NCBI RefSeq assembly: GCF_030013205.1
Contig: NZ_CP122648.1
Reading direction: 5' to 3' (one strand)
Origin: Escherichia coli
GTDB lineage: Bacteria > Pseudomonadota > Gammaproteobacteria > Enterobacterales > Enterobacteriaceae
Length of the DNA: 64,000 bases
Under the pieces are notes generated by a model. That model saw only the letters and a program-made list of their open reading frames with translations. It was not told the origin of the DNA and did not search any database. The translations under genes were made by a program, and so were the position numbers. Below, one piece after another: positions 1 to 10,711 of this stretch (the first letter of the stretch is position 1; each line of letters begins with the position of its first letter).

Positions 1-505
1 TTACGATCAAGTTATGGATAACAAAGGGTTACTCATCGCTGGTGCTTCAATAGTTGCTGGAGTTGTTCTGGGAAGAATGAGATTCCCTGATTTGGAATCA
101 CTTGAGCATTTCGGAGCCAGAGGAGCAGTATCAGGAAGACCATTTAATCCCGACCTTGCCGGTGGTCCAATTGAAAACCTGACGATAGATGGCGTAACAA
201 TCAACAGGGAAGGTATCGCTATTGTTGAAAAGCATATCTCCAGATTTGATCATGATCCAGCTAATGATGTAATCATTTCAAGGCTAAAGAAAATAGCAAA
301 TAAAGAATTGCTTCCTGAAAAATACGATCTGAACTACTATACTCATCAATGTCGCGAGTATCAGCGTTATTGTAATTTAGGATGGGAAACAGGTGAACCG
401 AAAGGTTTAGATGGATATGAATTATGGAATAATGTACATACTGCAACTCTAGAAGACTTTAAAATTAAAGATACTGACTTATTTCATCCGGATGCAAAAA
501 AATGA
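1..505 (+). CDS. 3' fragment of a larger ORF (reading frame open to window edge); candidate C-terminal toxin domain of a polymorphic toxin (CdiA/Rhs-type)
   Basis: Frame is open from position 2 so the true start lies upstream of the window; hydrophobic stretch then a soluble C-terminal domain; stop overlaps start of next ORF (ATGA at 502-505); I do not recognise the domain family. Confidence 0.35.
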   Translation, partial: YDQVMDNKGLLIAGASIVAGVVLGRMRFPDLESLEHFGARGAVSGRPFNPDLAGGPIENLTIDGVTINREGIAIVEKHISRFDHDPANDVIISRLKKIANKELLPEKYDLNYYTHQCREYQRYCNLGWETGEPKGLDGYELWNNVHTATLEDFKIKDTDLFHPDAKK

Positions 506-759
506 CGATTACGATAGTTGAATTTAACGTACTGAAAGTTATGGCTGAGAAAGATATTGACTGGAGCTGGATGGTGCTGGATCGTACTTTAGCTATACGA
601 AATATTCCAGGATTTGGCAACGTAGCGAATATCGTAACAAAGCTGGTTAATCATGGGTTGGTTGATATCGTAAATGGTGAGGGCAACTCTAGACCACGCT
701 ACAGAGTTTCTCAATATGGATTGAATCTTATCAAAGAACAACAAGACAACCTCTTCTGA
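502..759 (+). CDS. small 85-aa protein, candidate immunity protein
   Basis: ATG overlaps upstream stop (ATGA); about 60 percent identical by eye to the next ORF over the shared core NVL-VM-EKDI-W-WM-LDRTL-IR-IPGFGNV-NIV-KL. Confidence 0.35.
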   Translation: MTITIVEFNVLKVMAEKDIDWSWMVLDRTLAIRNIPGFGNVANIVTKLVNHGLVDIVNGEGNSRPRYRVSQYGLNLIKEQQDNLF

Positions 760-818
760 TCCAGCCATTACAGGAGCATGATTTACATTGTGATCTTTCA
801 ATAAGATACTCATCAATT

Positions 819-1079
819 TTGGTACAGAATATCGTGATCACTAAAAATGAACTTAACGTGCTGAACGTTATGACTGAGAAAGATATAAACTGGAACTGGA
901 TGAATCTCGATCGCACACTATCCATAAGGCAAATTCCAGGATTCGGGAATGTTGTTAACATTGTTAACAAATTAGCTAACGAAGGTTTGGTTATTATTGA
1001 GGATAGCGGGAATAAGTCTATGCCTCACTACCACGTTAGTGAAAAGGGATACAATCTCGTGCAACGTGAGAATAAATAA
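819..1079 (+). CDS. small 86-aa paralog of previous ORF, candidate second or orphan immunity protein
   Basis: Tandem paralog of 502..759; followed by hairpin ggcttccagtgctggaagcc near 1189-1208. Confidence 0.35.
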   Translation: MVQNIVITKNELNVLNVMTEKDINWNWMNLDRTLSIRQIPGFGNVVNIVNKLANEGLVIIEDSGNKSMPHYHVSEKGYNLVQRENK

Positions 1080-1247
1080 CGTAGCGTTGATTACTGAACG
1101 GAATCACTCAAAACTGTGTTTTGCGAAAAAAACGATTCGGTTATTTCTGCTCCTGAAGATCAGCTTCAATCTGGCACTCATGCAAAATGGCTTCCAGTGC
1201 TGGAAGCCATTATCGTACTGCAATTTACAGTGACTCGTTAATATTCG

Positions 1248-3509
1248 TCATCCCCGACGCAAATTCTGCGCCGCCTGCACCATGTTCGCCAGTGCCGCGC
1301 GGGTTTCTGGCCAGCCGCGCGTTTTCAGGCCACAGTCCGGGTTGACCCACAGACGCTCTGCCGGAATGCGTTTTGCCGCTTTCTTCAGCAAGGCTTCAAT
1401 CCATTCCACGCTCGGTACGTTTGGCGAGTGAATGTCATAGACGCCAGGACCGATTTCATTTGGATAATCAAACTCTTCAAACGACTCCAGCAACTCCATG
1501 TCGGAACGCGAGGTTTCGATGGTGATGACGTCTGCGTCCAGCGCCGCAATCGAATCCATGATGTCGTTGAACTCGCAGTAACACATGTGAGTGTGGATTT
1601 GTGTGTCATCTTTCGCCACGGCGGCGTTGATACGGAAAGCCTCCACGCCCCACTGGAGATAGGCATCCCAGTCGCCGCGACGCAGCGGTAAACCTTCGCG
1701 CAGTGCCGGTTCATCAATCTGGATGATGCCAATTCCAGCGGCTTCCAGGTCCGCCACTTCATCACGCAGCGCCAGCGCAATTTGTTTGGCGATGGTTTCA
1801 CGGCTGACATCTTCACGCGGGAACGACCAGCAGAGAATCGTCACCGGGCCGGTCAACATCCCTTTCACCGGTTTATCAGTCAGGGATTGCGCATATTTTG
1901 CCCACTCCACGGTAATCGGTGCCGGGCGGCTAACGTCACCAATAACAATCGGTGGCTTCACGCAGCGGGAACCGTAGCTCTGTACCCAACCGTTTTGCGT
2001 AAAGACAAAGCCATCCAGATGCTCGCCAAAGTATTCCACCATGTCATTACGCTCGGCCTCACCATGTACCAGCACATCCAGTCCCAAACGTTCCTGCTCA
2101 ACAATGGCCTGCTTGATATGTTCCGCAATGCCCGTGCGGTAGTTGTTAGCGTCGAGATTACCCTTTTTGAAATCCAGACGCAGGGTACGAATTTCCGTAG
2201 TTTGCGGGAAAGAACCAATCGTGGTGGTCGGCCACGCGGGCAGTTTAAAACGCGCACGCTGGGCTTCAGCACGCACTTCATAGACATTCGCACGCTGACT
2301 GTCCTGGGCGGTAATGGCTGCAAGACGCTTTTCTACCGCCGGATTATGGACGCGGGTAGAGTGACGACGCGCCTGAATCGGAGCGCTCCACTCTGCCAGA
2401 GCTGCCGTATCACCACTGTTCAGCGCATCGCGCAGCAGTGCCAGTTCATGGCATTTTTGTAGGGCGAAGGCAAACCAGCTTTTCACTTCTGCATCAAGAC
2501 GCGTTTCCACGCTCAGGTCAATGGGGCTGTGCAGCAACGAGCAGGAAGATGCCACCCACAAATCGCGTTTGCCGACAATGTCCTTAATTTGCGCATATTT
2601 CTCGGTAAGATCGGCGCGCCAGACGTTACGACCATTGATCAGACCCGCAGACAGCAGCCAGTCAGAAGGCAGACGCTTGTGCAGTTCAGCAACGTCATCT
2701 TTACCATGTACAAGATCGACATGCAGACCCTGAACAGGCAGCGCAGTAATCGTGTCGAGATTTGGCGTTACGCCTTCAAAATAGGTGGTCAGCAGCAGTT
2801 TCACCTGTCCCTGGAGCGCGTCGTAAGCGGGTTTGTATGCGTCCAGCCACGCCTGCGGCAGTTCCAGCACCAGCGCGGGTTCGTCAATCTGTACCCACTC
2901 GATGCCGCGTTTCGCCAGTTCTGCCAGCACTTGCTGATAAACCGGCAGAATGTCGTTCAGCAGGCTCAGGCGGTCAAATTGTTCACCTTTCACTTTCCCC
3001 AGCCACAGGTAGGTAATCGGCCCCAGCAGCACAGGTTTCACCTTGTGGCCCAGCGCCAGCGCCTCGTCCACTTCGTCCAGCAGCTGCGTCCAGGTCAGTT
3101 TGAACTGTTGGCCTTTAACGAATTCCGGCACCATGTAGTGATAGTTGGTATTAAACCATTTGGTCATTTCCGCTGCCGCCGCAGGTTCGCCAGTCGGCGC
3201 ACGTCCACGACCAATACGGAACAGGGTGTCGATATCTACCGAACCATCTTTGTTCTGATGACGCGCCGGAACGTTACCCAGCAGCAGACTGGTGGTCAGT
3301 ACATGATCATACCAGGCAAAATCGCCCACCGGCAGCAGGTCGATACCCGCCTGCTTTTGTTGATCCCAGTGACGGGCACGCAATTCACGCCCTACCGCCA
3401 GCAGTTCTTCACGCGTGGAGTTCCCCGCCCAATAACTCTCTTGCGCTTTTTTCAGCTCGCGACGCAGGCCAACGCGAGGGAAACCGAGGGTGTGATTAAG
3501 AATTGTCAT
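1248..3509 (-). CDS. metE: cobalamin-independent methionine synthase
   Basis: 753 aa; translation matches E. coli MetE as I recall it ([19 protein letters not shown]...). Confidence 0.96.
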   Translation of the reverse strand: MTILNHTLGFPRVGLRRELKKAQESYWAGNSTREELLAVGRELRARHWDQQKQAGIDLLPVGDFAWYDHVLTTSLLLGNVPARHQNKDGSVDIDTLFRIGRGRAPTGEPAAAAEMTKWFNTNYHYMVPEFVKGQQFKLTWTQLLDEVDEALALGHKVKPVLLGPITYLWLGKVKGEQFDRLSLLNDILPVYQQVLAELAKRGIEWVQIDEPALVLELPQAWLDAYKPAYDALQGQVKLLLTTYFEGVTPNLDTITALPVQGLHVDLVHGKDDVAELHKRLPSDWLLSAGLINGRNVWRADLTEKYAQIKDIVGKRDLWVASSCSLLHSPIDLSVETRLDAEVKSWFAFALQKCHELALLRDALNSGDTAALAEWSAPIQARRHSTRVHNPAVEKRLAAITAQDSQRANVYEVRAEAQRARFKLPAWPTTTIGSFPQTTEIRTLRLDFKKGNLDANNYRTGIAEHIKQAIVEQERLGLDVLVHGEAERNDMVEYFGEHLDGFVFTQNGWVQSYGSRCVKPPIVIGDVSRPAPITVEWAKYAQSLTDKPVKGMLTGPVTILCWSFPREDVSRETIAKQIALALRDEVADLEAAGIGIIQIDEPALREGLPLRRGDWDAYLQWGVEAFRINAAVAKDDTQIHTHMCYCEFNDIMDSIAALDADVITIETSRSDMELLESFEEFDYPNEIGPGVYDIHSPNVPSVEWIEALLKKAAKRIPAERLWVNPDCGLKTRGWPETRAALANMVQAAQNLRRG

Positions 3510-3626
3510 TATATGCCCCTTATGGAATTTTTAGTATTTAGCCGTCCAGATGTTTACACATCCATAATTGGCGGTTACTGTATATTCCTCAAGCGCAAAT
3601 TATTCATGCCGAAGTGAAGGACTTTC
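3510..3626. promoter_or_regulatory. metE-metR divergent control region; palindrome TGAAGGACTTTCA at 3615-3627 resembles MetR site consensus TGAA-N5-TTCA
   Basis: Divergent gene pair with 117-bp spacer; palindrome read directly; MetJ-box-like octamers near 3548-3565 are weak matches. Confidence 0.4.
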
Positions 3627-4580
3627 ATGATCGAAGTAAAACATCTGAAAACGCTACAAGCGTTGCGGAACTGCGGCTCGCTCGCAGCCGCTGCGGCGAC
3701 GTTGCATCAGACGCAATCCGCCCTGTCTCACCAGTTTAGCGATCTGGAACAACGCCTTGGCTTCCGGCTATTTGTGCGTAAAAGCCAGCCGCTTCGCTTT
3801 ACACCGCAGGGAGAAATCCTGTTGCAACTGGCAAACCAGGTGCTGCCGCAAATCAGCCAGGCACTGCAAGCCTGCAATGAACCGCAGCAGACGCGCCTGC
3901 GCATTGCCATCGAGTGCCATAGCTGTATTCAGTGGCTGACGCCCGCATTAGAAAACTTCCATAAGAACTGGCCGCAGGTAGAGATGGATTTTAAATCGGG
4001 CGTGACGTTTGACCCGCAGCCTGCGTTGCAACAGGGCGAGCTGGATCTGGTGATGACGTCAGATATTCTGCCGCGCAGTGGCCTGCATTATTCGCCGATG
4101 TTCGATTATGAAGTGCGTCTGGTATTGGCACCTGACCATCCACTGGCGGCGAAAACGCGTATTACACCGGAAGATCTCGCCAGCGAGACGCTGTTGATTT
4201 ATCCGGTGCAGCGTAGTCGACTGGATGTCTGGCGGCATTTTCTTCAGCCGGCAGGCGTCAGCCCGTCACTGAAAAGCGTCGATAACACCTTATTGTTGAT
4301 TCAGATGGTTGCCGCGCGGATGGGTATTGCCGCGCTACCGCATTGGGTAGTAGAGAGTTTTGAGCGCCAGGGTCTGGTGGTGACCAAAACCCTGGGTGAA
4401 GGCTTGTGGAGCCGACTGTACGCCGCCGTGCGCGATGGCGAGCAGCGTCAGCCGATTACAGAAGCGTTTATTCGCTCAGCGCGCAATCACGCCTGCGATC
4501 ATCTGCCGTTTGTGAAGAGCGCGGAGCGACCCACTTACGATGCACCCACAGTGAGGCCAGGATCACCAGCGCGCCTGTAA
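3627..4580 (+). CDS. metR: LysR-family regulator of methionine biosynthesis
   Basis: 317 aa; N-terminal HTH; divergent from metE as in E. coli. Confidence 0.93.
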   Translation: MIEVKHLKTLQALRNCGSLAAAAATLHQTQSALSHQFSDLEQRLGFRLFVRKSQPLRFTPQGEILLQLANQVLPQISQALQACNEPQQTRLRIAIECHSCIQWLTPALENFHKNWPQVEMDFKSGVTFDPQPALQQGELDLVMTSDILPRSGLHYSPMFDYEVRLVLAPDHPLAAKTRITPEDLASETLLIYPVQRSRLDVWRHFLQPAGVSPSLKSVDNTLLLIQMVAARMGIAALPHWVVESFERQGLVVTKTLGEGLWSRLYAAVRDGEQRQPITEAFIRSARNHACDHLPFVKSAERPTYDAPTVRPGSPARL

Positions 4581-5367
4581 TAAACGTTGGCCAGTGCGGC
4601 TGTTGGTGCCAGATAGCCAGGTTTACCAGCAGCCCTGCCGGAACGTGCATATTATTCATAATGCCCAGCGTTCCGGCGTCTACTTGGGTTGCGCCGTAGT
4701 TCCACATAAAGTAGCCAATCCCGGAAGCCACCACGCCAAGAAACACCAGAATGCCCCATTGCAACGTGGTTTGCGGCATTTTCTGCGCATTTCCCAGCAA
4801 GAACCATGCAATCACCGCCACCAGAAACGCGCCAAGATAGAACCACGCAAAGGCGTTATGCTGTGGCATCGGGCGAGTTTCCATCAGACGTTTGTAACCC
4901 ACCATGCCGATGGCAAAAGTGATATTGGAGAGCTGCACCAGCAGCAGGCCAGTCCAGAAGTGGTCGGTAACCTGATCATAGCGAATAATCCCGGCACCAA
5001 TCACCGCCAGCAAGGCGCTAAAAGCATAGCCCCAGCGCAGACGGCGCTGACTCATGATGTCATAAATCAACGTGATGTAGAGCGGCGTCAGTACGGTGAA
5101 CAGCAACAATTCGGAGACCGTCAGGTAGAGATAGGCGCGAAAACTCAGCATATACATCACGCCGAGCTGCATCGCGCCCACCAGCATATACAGGCCGACC
5201 GTTTTCAGGCTATTGCCACGGGTACGCAGAAACGGCAAAAAAACGAGTGCCGCCAGGCCAACGCGCACCAGCACCGCAAAATAGCTATCGACGTGCCCCG
5301 CAAGGTACTCGCCATAAAAGCTAAAGGAGAAGGCCCACAGAATCGTGGTGATGATAAGTAGCGCCAC
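4468..5367 (-). CDS. yigM: EamA/DMT-family inner membrane transporter (biotin transporter in E. coli)
   Basis: 299 aa, highly hydrophobic; position between metR and yigL matches E. coli. Confidence 0.8.
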   Translation of the reverse strand: MALLIITTILWAFSFSFYGEYLAGHVDSYFAVLVRVGLAALVFLPFLRTRGNSLKTVGLYMLVGAMQLGVMYMLSFRAYLYLTVSELLLFTVLTPLYITLIYDIMSQRRLRWGYAFSALLAVIGAGIIRYDQVTDHFWTGLLLVQLSNITFAIGMVGYKRLMETRPMPQHNAFAWFYLGAFLVAVIAWFLLGNAQKMPQTTLQWGILVFLGVVASGIGYFMWNYGATQVDAGTLGIMNNMHVPAGLLVNLAIWHQQPHWPTFITGALVILASLWVHRKWVAPRSSQTADDRRRDCALSE

Positions 5368-5442
5368 AATGGAAAACTCTTTGATTAACGAGTATCCATT
5401 GTAGCGAAGTATCAGGTTGACAACTGGCCAAATAAAGAACGA

Positions 5443-6243
5443 TTACGATAAATAGAGCTTACGCAGATAATGCGGCACCGCGTCGTCGGCATTAGTACCA
5501 ATCACTTCCAGCTCCGGATGCAGATCTTTCAGACGCTGGTGCGCACTGCCCATAATGCAGCCTTTCCCCGCCATCGACAGCATTTCGGCGTCGTTCATCC
5601 CGTCACCAAAGGCAATACAATCCTTCAGGCTGTAGCCCAGTTTCTTCGCCACTGCTTCCAACGCATGGCCTTTCGACACGCCGCCCGCCATCACTTCCAG
5701 ACAGGTTAAGGTAGAGAAACTGACGTTGACGCGATCGCCCCAGCGAGCGTTAATCGCCTGCTCCAGCGGCAGCAGTTGTTCATGGGAATCGCAGGTGAAG
5801 AACACTTTGCTGACGCCTTCCGGCTCCAGTAATCCAGGCTCATACAGCGCATATTTGAACACCGCTTCTTTAAAAAAGCGCATCTCTTCTGGGCGATGGC
5901 GATTCATAAACCATTCGTCGTCGCGATAAACGTTAGTAATGATGTCCGGATTGTCGTTGACTACGCCAAACAGATCGCTGGCAATATCGCGATCCAGGTT
6001 ATGAGCAAAAATCAGATTACCATCCAGATCGTGAACGCGCGCGCCATTGGAGGTAATCATGTAAGACTTAATCTCCAGATTATCGCGAATTTGCCCCACA
6101 TCAACGTGGTGACGACCGGTCGCAAACACAAAGTTGATGCCGCGCGCGGTGAGCAGCTTCAGAGTTTCTTTGGCGTAAGGGGATAACGTATGGTCGGGAG
6201 AAAGTAACGTGCCATCTAAATCAGACGCAACAACCTGGTACAT
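5443..6243 (-). CDS. yigL: Cof-type HAD sugar phosphatase
   Basis: ORF track gives 308 aa; trimmed to the MYQVVASDLDGTLL start (ATG at 6243), the HAD DxDGT motif; 8 bp downstream of pldB. Confidence 0.8.
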   Translation of the reverse strand: MYQVVASDLDGTLLSPDHTLSPYAKETLKLLTARGINFVFATGRHHVDVGQIRDNLEIKSYMITSNGARVHDLDGNLIFAHNLDRDIASDLFGVVNDNPDIITNVYRDDEWFMNRHRPEEMRFFKEAVFKYALYEPGLLEPEGVSKVFFTCDSHEQLLPLEQAINARWGDRVNVSFSTLTCLEVMAGGVSKGHALEAVAKKLGYSLKDCIAFGDGMNDAEMLSMAGKGCIMGSAHQRLKDLHPELEVIGTNADDAVPHYLRKLYLS

Positions 6244-6250
6244 AAGAAAT

Positions 6251-7273
6251 TTAAACCTCTGTAGAGCGGTTTCCGCTGGGTGAGTTATGCCTGTTGAAAA
6301 AATCAACGATGGCGTGGAGCGCGACTGAGCGCATTGCGTCCTTTTCAAAAAGGATCTCATGGTAAGCACCTTTAATTACCAACGGCCGTCCTCCTTCGAC
6401 AGGATGGCCCGCGGCGGTGCGGAGTTCACAAAAACGGTCGTGCATGCGGTTATCCACCACGCGTTCCTCTTCAGCTTGTAAGAGAAGCGTTGGCGTGGCG
6501 TCATCACCCGCACCGGCTAACACCTGTTCGCCAGCCAGAATACTTTCGCGTACCCAATGGTAGGTCGGCCCACCGACGCGAATCGTTGGGTCATCAGCAT
6601 AGAAGCGTAAGTTACGTCGATATCGCTGTCTGCTGTGGGTCAGTACGTTGATAGCAAACGGCAACGCGCGCCAGCGCCCGGTGCCTATTGCATAGCCATC
6701 ACGGAAACGTGGATGCGCTTCGGCCCAGTTGAGGATCTGCCGTGCCATAAATGACGGCATACGAATCACGATCCCAAACATTGGCGCAGTTAGCGCAATG
6801 GCGTCACATACACCTGGATGGCGTTGCAGAAATAATGTGGAGATCGCACCGCCCATTGAATGTGCCAGTATATAGCGTTTACGCCACGGACCGGGCTGAA
6901 CCTCCTGCTGCCAGAATGCCGCCAGATCATCAACATAATCATTAAAGCGATTAACATGCCCGAGATGCGGATCGGCTAACAGGCGACCGGAACGTCCCTG
7001 CCCGCGATGGTCGATGATTAAGACATCAAACCCCAAATGGAACAGGTCGTAGGCCAGTTCCGCATATTTTACGTAGCTCTCAATACGCCCCGGGCAGATG
7101 ACTACCACCCGGTCATGGTGCTGTGCGCGAAAACGGACAAAGCGCACCTGAATGTCATCCACACCAGTAAACTCTGCTTCATCACGCTGACGCCAGAAAT
7201 CAGTCAGCGGTCCCATGGTAAAAGCAGCAAACGCGTTTTCTCTTGTTTCCCAGTCTTTTTGCTGCTGAAACAT
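6251..7273 (-). CDS. pldB: lysophospholipase L2
   Basis: 340 aa; alpha/beta hydrolase with HSMGG motif; conserved position. Confidence 0.9.
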   Translation of the reverse strand: MFQQQKDWETRENAFAAFTMGPLTDFWRQRDEAEFTGVDDIQVRFVRFRAQHHDRVVVICPGRIESYVKYAELAYDLFHLGFDVLIIDHRGQGRSGRLLADPHLGHVNRFNDYVDDLAAFWQQEVQPGPWRKRYILAHSMGGAISTLFLQRHPGVCDAIALTAPMFGIVIRMPSFMARQILNWAEAHPRFRDGYAIGTGRWRALPFAINVLTHSRQRYRRNLRFYADDPTIRVGGPTYHWVRESILAGEQVLAGAGDDATPTLLLQAEEERVVDNRMHDRFCELRTAAGHPVEGGRPLVIKGAYHEILFEKDAMRSVALHAIVDFFNRHNSPSGNRSTEV

Positions 7274-7383
7274 CGGGTAATCTGCCTCTTAAACCACGTA
7301 AAATCGTTTTTTTAAGCGTGCCTGACACAACGCTGCGACAGTAGCGTATTGTGGCACAAAAATAGACACACCGGGAGTTCATC

Positions 7384-8004
7384 ATGACCTTAGAATGGTG
7401 GTTTGCCTACCTGCTGACATCGATCATTTTAAGCCTGTCGCCAGGCTCTGGCGCAATCAACACCATGACCACCTCGCTCAACCATGGTTATCGCGGCGCG
7501 GTGGCGTCTATTGCTGGGCTTCAGACCGGACTGGCGATTCATATTGTGCTGGTTGGCGTGGGTTTGGGGACGCTATTTTCCCGCTCAGTGATTGCGTTTG
7601 AAGTGTTGAAGTGGGCGGGCGCAGCTTATCTGATTTGGCTTGGGATTCAGCAGTGGCGCGCCGCTGGCGCAATTGATCTTAAATCGCTGGCCTCTACTCA
7701 ATCGCGCCGACATTTGTTCCAGCGCGCAGTGTTTGTGAATCTTACCAATCCCAAAAGTATTGTGTTTCTGGCAGCGCTATTTCCGCAATTCATCATGCCG
7801 CAGCAACCACAACTGATGCAGTATATCGTGCTCGGCGTCACCACTATTGTGGTCGATATTATTGTGATGATCGGTTACGCCACCCTTGCTCAACGGATTG
7901 CTCTATGGATTAAAGGACCAAAGCAGATGAAGGCGCTGAATAAGATTTTCGGCTCGTTGTTTATGCTGGTGGGAGCGCTGTTGGCATCGGCGAGGCATGC
8001 GTGA
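7384..8004 (+). CDS. rhtB: LysE/RhtB-family homoserine/threonine exporter
   Basis: 206 aa membrane protein; divergent from pldB as in E. coli. Confidence 0.82.
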
Positions 8005-8010
8005 AAAATA

Positions 8011-8047
8011 ATGTCGGATGCGACGTAAAAGCCTTATCCGACTTACT
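8011..8047. repeat. REP (repetitive extragenic palindromic) element between convergent rhtB and rhtC
   Basis: gtcggatgcgacgtaaaagccttatccgac matches the E. coli REP pattern. Confidence 0.6.
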
Positions 8048-8065
8048 CTGATGACGCGTCTGGCA

Positions 8066-8686
8066 TCAACGCGAAATAATCAAATGAATGCCAAATCCGG
8101 CAAATAATGCCCCGGCAAAACCATCAATCCACTTCGCCAGACGTTGATAACCTCGGCGCATTTGCGGCAGGGCAAACAGGCTGGCAACGACGGTAAACCA
8201 TGCCAGCGTTTCGACAATAATCAGCGCGAAAATGCCCCAGCGCTCGGTGGTGCCGACGTTATCGCCGACAAACAATGAGAATACCGAACCAAAATAGATA
8301 ATCGCTTTCGGATTGGCGAGATTGGTCAGTAAGCCTTTCAGGAAACTGCGCCCGCTTTTCGCCAGCTCAACCTGTGGAGCAGGTGCAGAAACCGCCTCTT
8401 TTTTCAGTGCACCGCGTAGCATCTGGTAACCCATCCAGCAGAGATACAGGCCACCGCCCACCATAATCAGCGTATGCAGCCAGGCCATTTTTTCGATAAT
8501 CAAATGCAGGCCAAGCAACGCAATCCCAGCCCAAACCATTACGCCGCAGGTAATGCCCAGCACGCCCATCATCGCTTCTTTACGGGAACGACTGACAGCG
8601 GTCTGAGAGACAAAAAAGAAATCGGGACCGGGGCTCATAAGCGCCACAATGTGCACCATGGCGACGGTGAGGAATAACATCAACAT
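8066..8686 (-). CDS. rhtC: LysE/RhtB-family threonine exporter
   Basis: 206 aa membrane protein; immediately downstream of recQ. Confidence 0.82.
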   Translation of the reverse strand: MLMLFLTVAMVHIVALMSPGPDFFFVSQTAVSRSRKEAMMGVLGITCGVMVWAGIALLGLHLIIEKMAWLHTLIMVGGGLYLCWMGYQMLRGALKKEAVSAPAPQVELAKSGRSFLKGLLTNLANPKAIIYFGSVFSLFVGDNVGTTERWGIFALIIVETLAWFTVVASLFALPQMRRGYQRLAKWIDGFAGALFAGFGIHLIISR

Positions 8687-8749
8687 ACATTAGACTCGCG
8701 GGGGAAACGTTTACGGAGTCTTCATCCTGGCACTTTTTTATCCTGCTGA

Positions 8750-10585
8750 CTACTCTTCGTCATCGCCATCAACATGTGAACGAATCAGCGCCATAAACGG
8801 TTTGCCAAAGCGTTCCAGCTTGCGCATCCCAACGCCGTTAACGCTGAGCATTTCGCTGGCAGTGATCGGCATCTGTTCCGCCATCTCAATCAAGGTTGCG
8901 TCGTTAAACACCACGTACGGCGGGACATTGCTTTCATCGGCAATCGATTTACGCAGTTTGCGTAATTTGGCGAATAGTTTGCGATCGTAGTTGCCGCCGA
9001 AGGATTTCTGCATCGCTTTCGGTTTGAGCGCCACGATACGCGGCACGGCAAGTTGCAAAGAGGATTCGCCGCGCAGCACCGGACGCGCAGCCTCTGTCAG
9101 TTGTAGGGCAGAATGCTGGGCAATATTTTGCGTCACCAGGCCGAGGTGAATCAGCTGGCGGATCACGCTCACCCAATGTTCATGGCTTTTATCACGGCCC
9201 ATGCCATAGACTTTCAGTTTGTCATGACCATAGTCGCGGATACGCTGGTTATTAGCGCCACGAATCACTTCCACCACATAACCCATCCCAAACCGCTGAT
9301 TCACACGACCAATGGTGGAAAGGGCAATCTGAGCATCGGTTGAACCATCGTATTGTTTCGGCGGATCGAGGCAGATATCGCAGTTCCCGCACGGCTCCTG
9401 CCGCCCTTCGCCAAAATAGTTCAGCAATACCAGACGACGGCAAGTTTGCGCTTCGGCAAACGCGCCCATCGCATTGAGTTTATGGCGCTCGATATCCTGC
9501 AATTGCCCCTGCGGCTTCTCTTCCAGACAACGGCGTAGCCACGCCATATCGGCCGGATCGTAAAACAGCATCGCTTCCGCGGGCAGGCCATCACGCCCGG
9601 CGCGACCGGTTTCCTGATAATAGGATTCGATATTGCGCGGAATATCAAAATGCACCACGAAGCGAACGTTAGGCTTGTTGATGCCCATGCCGAACGCCAC
9701 CGTCGCCACCACAATTTGCAGGTCATCGCGCTGGAATTTCTCCTGCACGTCGGCGCGAATATTATTTTCCAGCCCGGCATGATAGGCCGCCGCGCTAATT
9801 CCCTTGCTTTGCAGGCGCGCAGCGGTGTCTTCTACTTTCGCCCGGCTGTTGCAGTAAATAATCCCCGACTTACCGCGTTGTTCCTGCACGTAGCGCATCA
9901 ACTGATCGAGCGGTTTGAATTTCTCCATCAGCATGTAGCGAATATTCGGACGGTCAAAACTGCTGATTTGAATCAGCGGATCGTTCAGCCCCAGCAGGCG
10001 CACGATATCCTGCCGCGTGGTGTCGTCGGCTGTGGCGGTCAGCGCCATAAACGGCAGCGTCGGGAACCGCTGGCGCAACTGACCGAGCGCGGCATATTCC
10101 GGGCGGAAATCGTGGCCCCATTGGGAGATACAGTGCGCTTCATCAACGGCTAATAACACCGGATTCCAGTGCGCCAGATGCTCAAGAAAGTTATCCAGCA
10201 TCAGGCGTTCCGGCGCGATATAAAGCAGGCGGATTTGCCCGGTGCGACAGCCTGTCATAACTTCAAGTTGCTGCTCGCGGGTTTGCGTCGAGTTAAGGCA
10301 CGCCGCCGCCACGCCGTTGGCTTGCAGTTGATCCACCTGATCTTTCATCAAGGAAATCAGCGGTGAAACAACCACGGTAAGGCCGTTTAGCAATAAGGCA
10401 GGAATTTGATAGCAAAGGGATTTTCCGCCACCAGTGGGCATAACAACCAGGCAATCGCGACCGGAAAGCACAGTGTCGATAATTTCTTCCTGGCCGGGGC
10501 GAAACTGTTGGTAGCCAAAGGTTTCTTGTAAAACCTGTTTAGCTCCGGACTCCAGATTCAACACTTCCGCCTGCGCCACATTCAC
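8750..10585 (-). CDS. recQ: ATP-dependent DNA helicase RecQ
   Basis: 611 aa with helicase motifs (TGGGKS, DEAH), zinc-binding CxxC motifs and C-terminal HRDC region; exact start may be a few codons downstream. Confidence 0.95.
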   Translation of the reverse strand: MNVAQAEVLNLESGAKQVLQETFGYQQFRPGQEEIIDTVLSGRDCLVVMPTGGGKSLCYQIPALLLNGLTVVVSPLISLMKDQVDQLQANGVAAACLNSTQTREQQLEVMTGCRTGQIRLLYIAPERLMLDNFLEHLAHWNPVLLAVDEAHCISQWGHDFRPEYAALGQLRQRFPTLPFMALTATADDTTRQDIVRLLGLNDPLIQISSFDRPNIRYMLMEKFKPLDQLMRYVQEQRGKSGIIYCNSRAKVEDTAARLQSKGISAAAYHAGLENNIRADVQEKFQRDDLQIVVATVAFGMGINKPNVRFVVHFDIPRNIESYYQETGRAGRDGLPAEAMLFYDPADMAWLRRCLEEKPQGQLQDIERHKLNAMGAFAEAQTCRRLVLLNYFGEGRQEPCGNCDICLDPPKQYDGSTDAQIALSTIGRVNQRFGMGYVVEVIRGANNQRIRDYGHDKLKVYGMGRDKSHEHWVSVIRQLIHLGLVTQNIAQHSALQLTEAARPVLRGESSLQLAVPRIVALKPKAMQKSFGGNYDRKLFAKLRKLRKSIADESNVPPYVVFNDATLIEMAEQMPITASEMLSVNGVGMRKLERFGKPFMALIRSHVDGDDEE

Positions 10586-10711
10586 CCCGATTGCCTGAAA
10601 TAAAAACAGGCGCTATTTTCAGCGCCTGCGCGAGAAACTGCAATGCTTTTAGTCTCTGAGAGGGTAATCCTGGATACTGGATTCCAGATTTGCCAACCAC
10701 TCAGCCGTTCA

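Noticed and set aside
2529-3617. 362-aa ORF on the plus strand inside metE; similar long antisense ORFs occur inside yigM (4594..5361), wecC (43668..44414), wecE (42130..42768), rep (53946..54524, 54945..55460) and ilvC (57179..58102)
   Set aside because: They lie entirely antisense to well-recognised conserved genes and have Arg/Gln-rich, low-complexity translations typical of shadow ORFs; no independent start signals.
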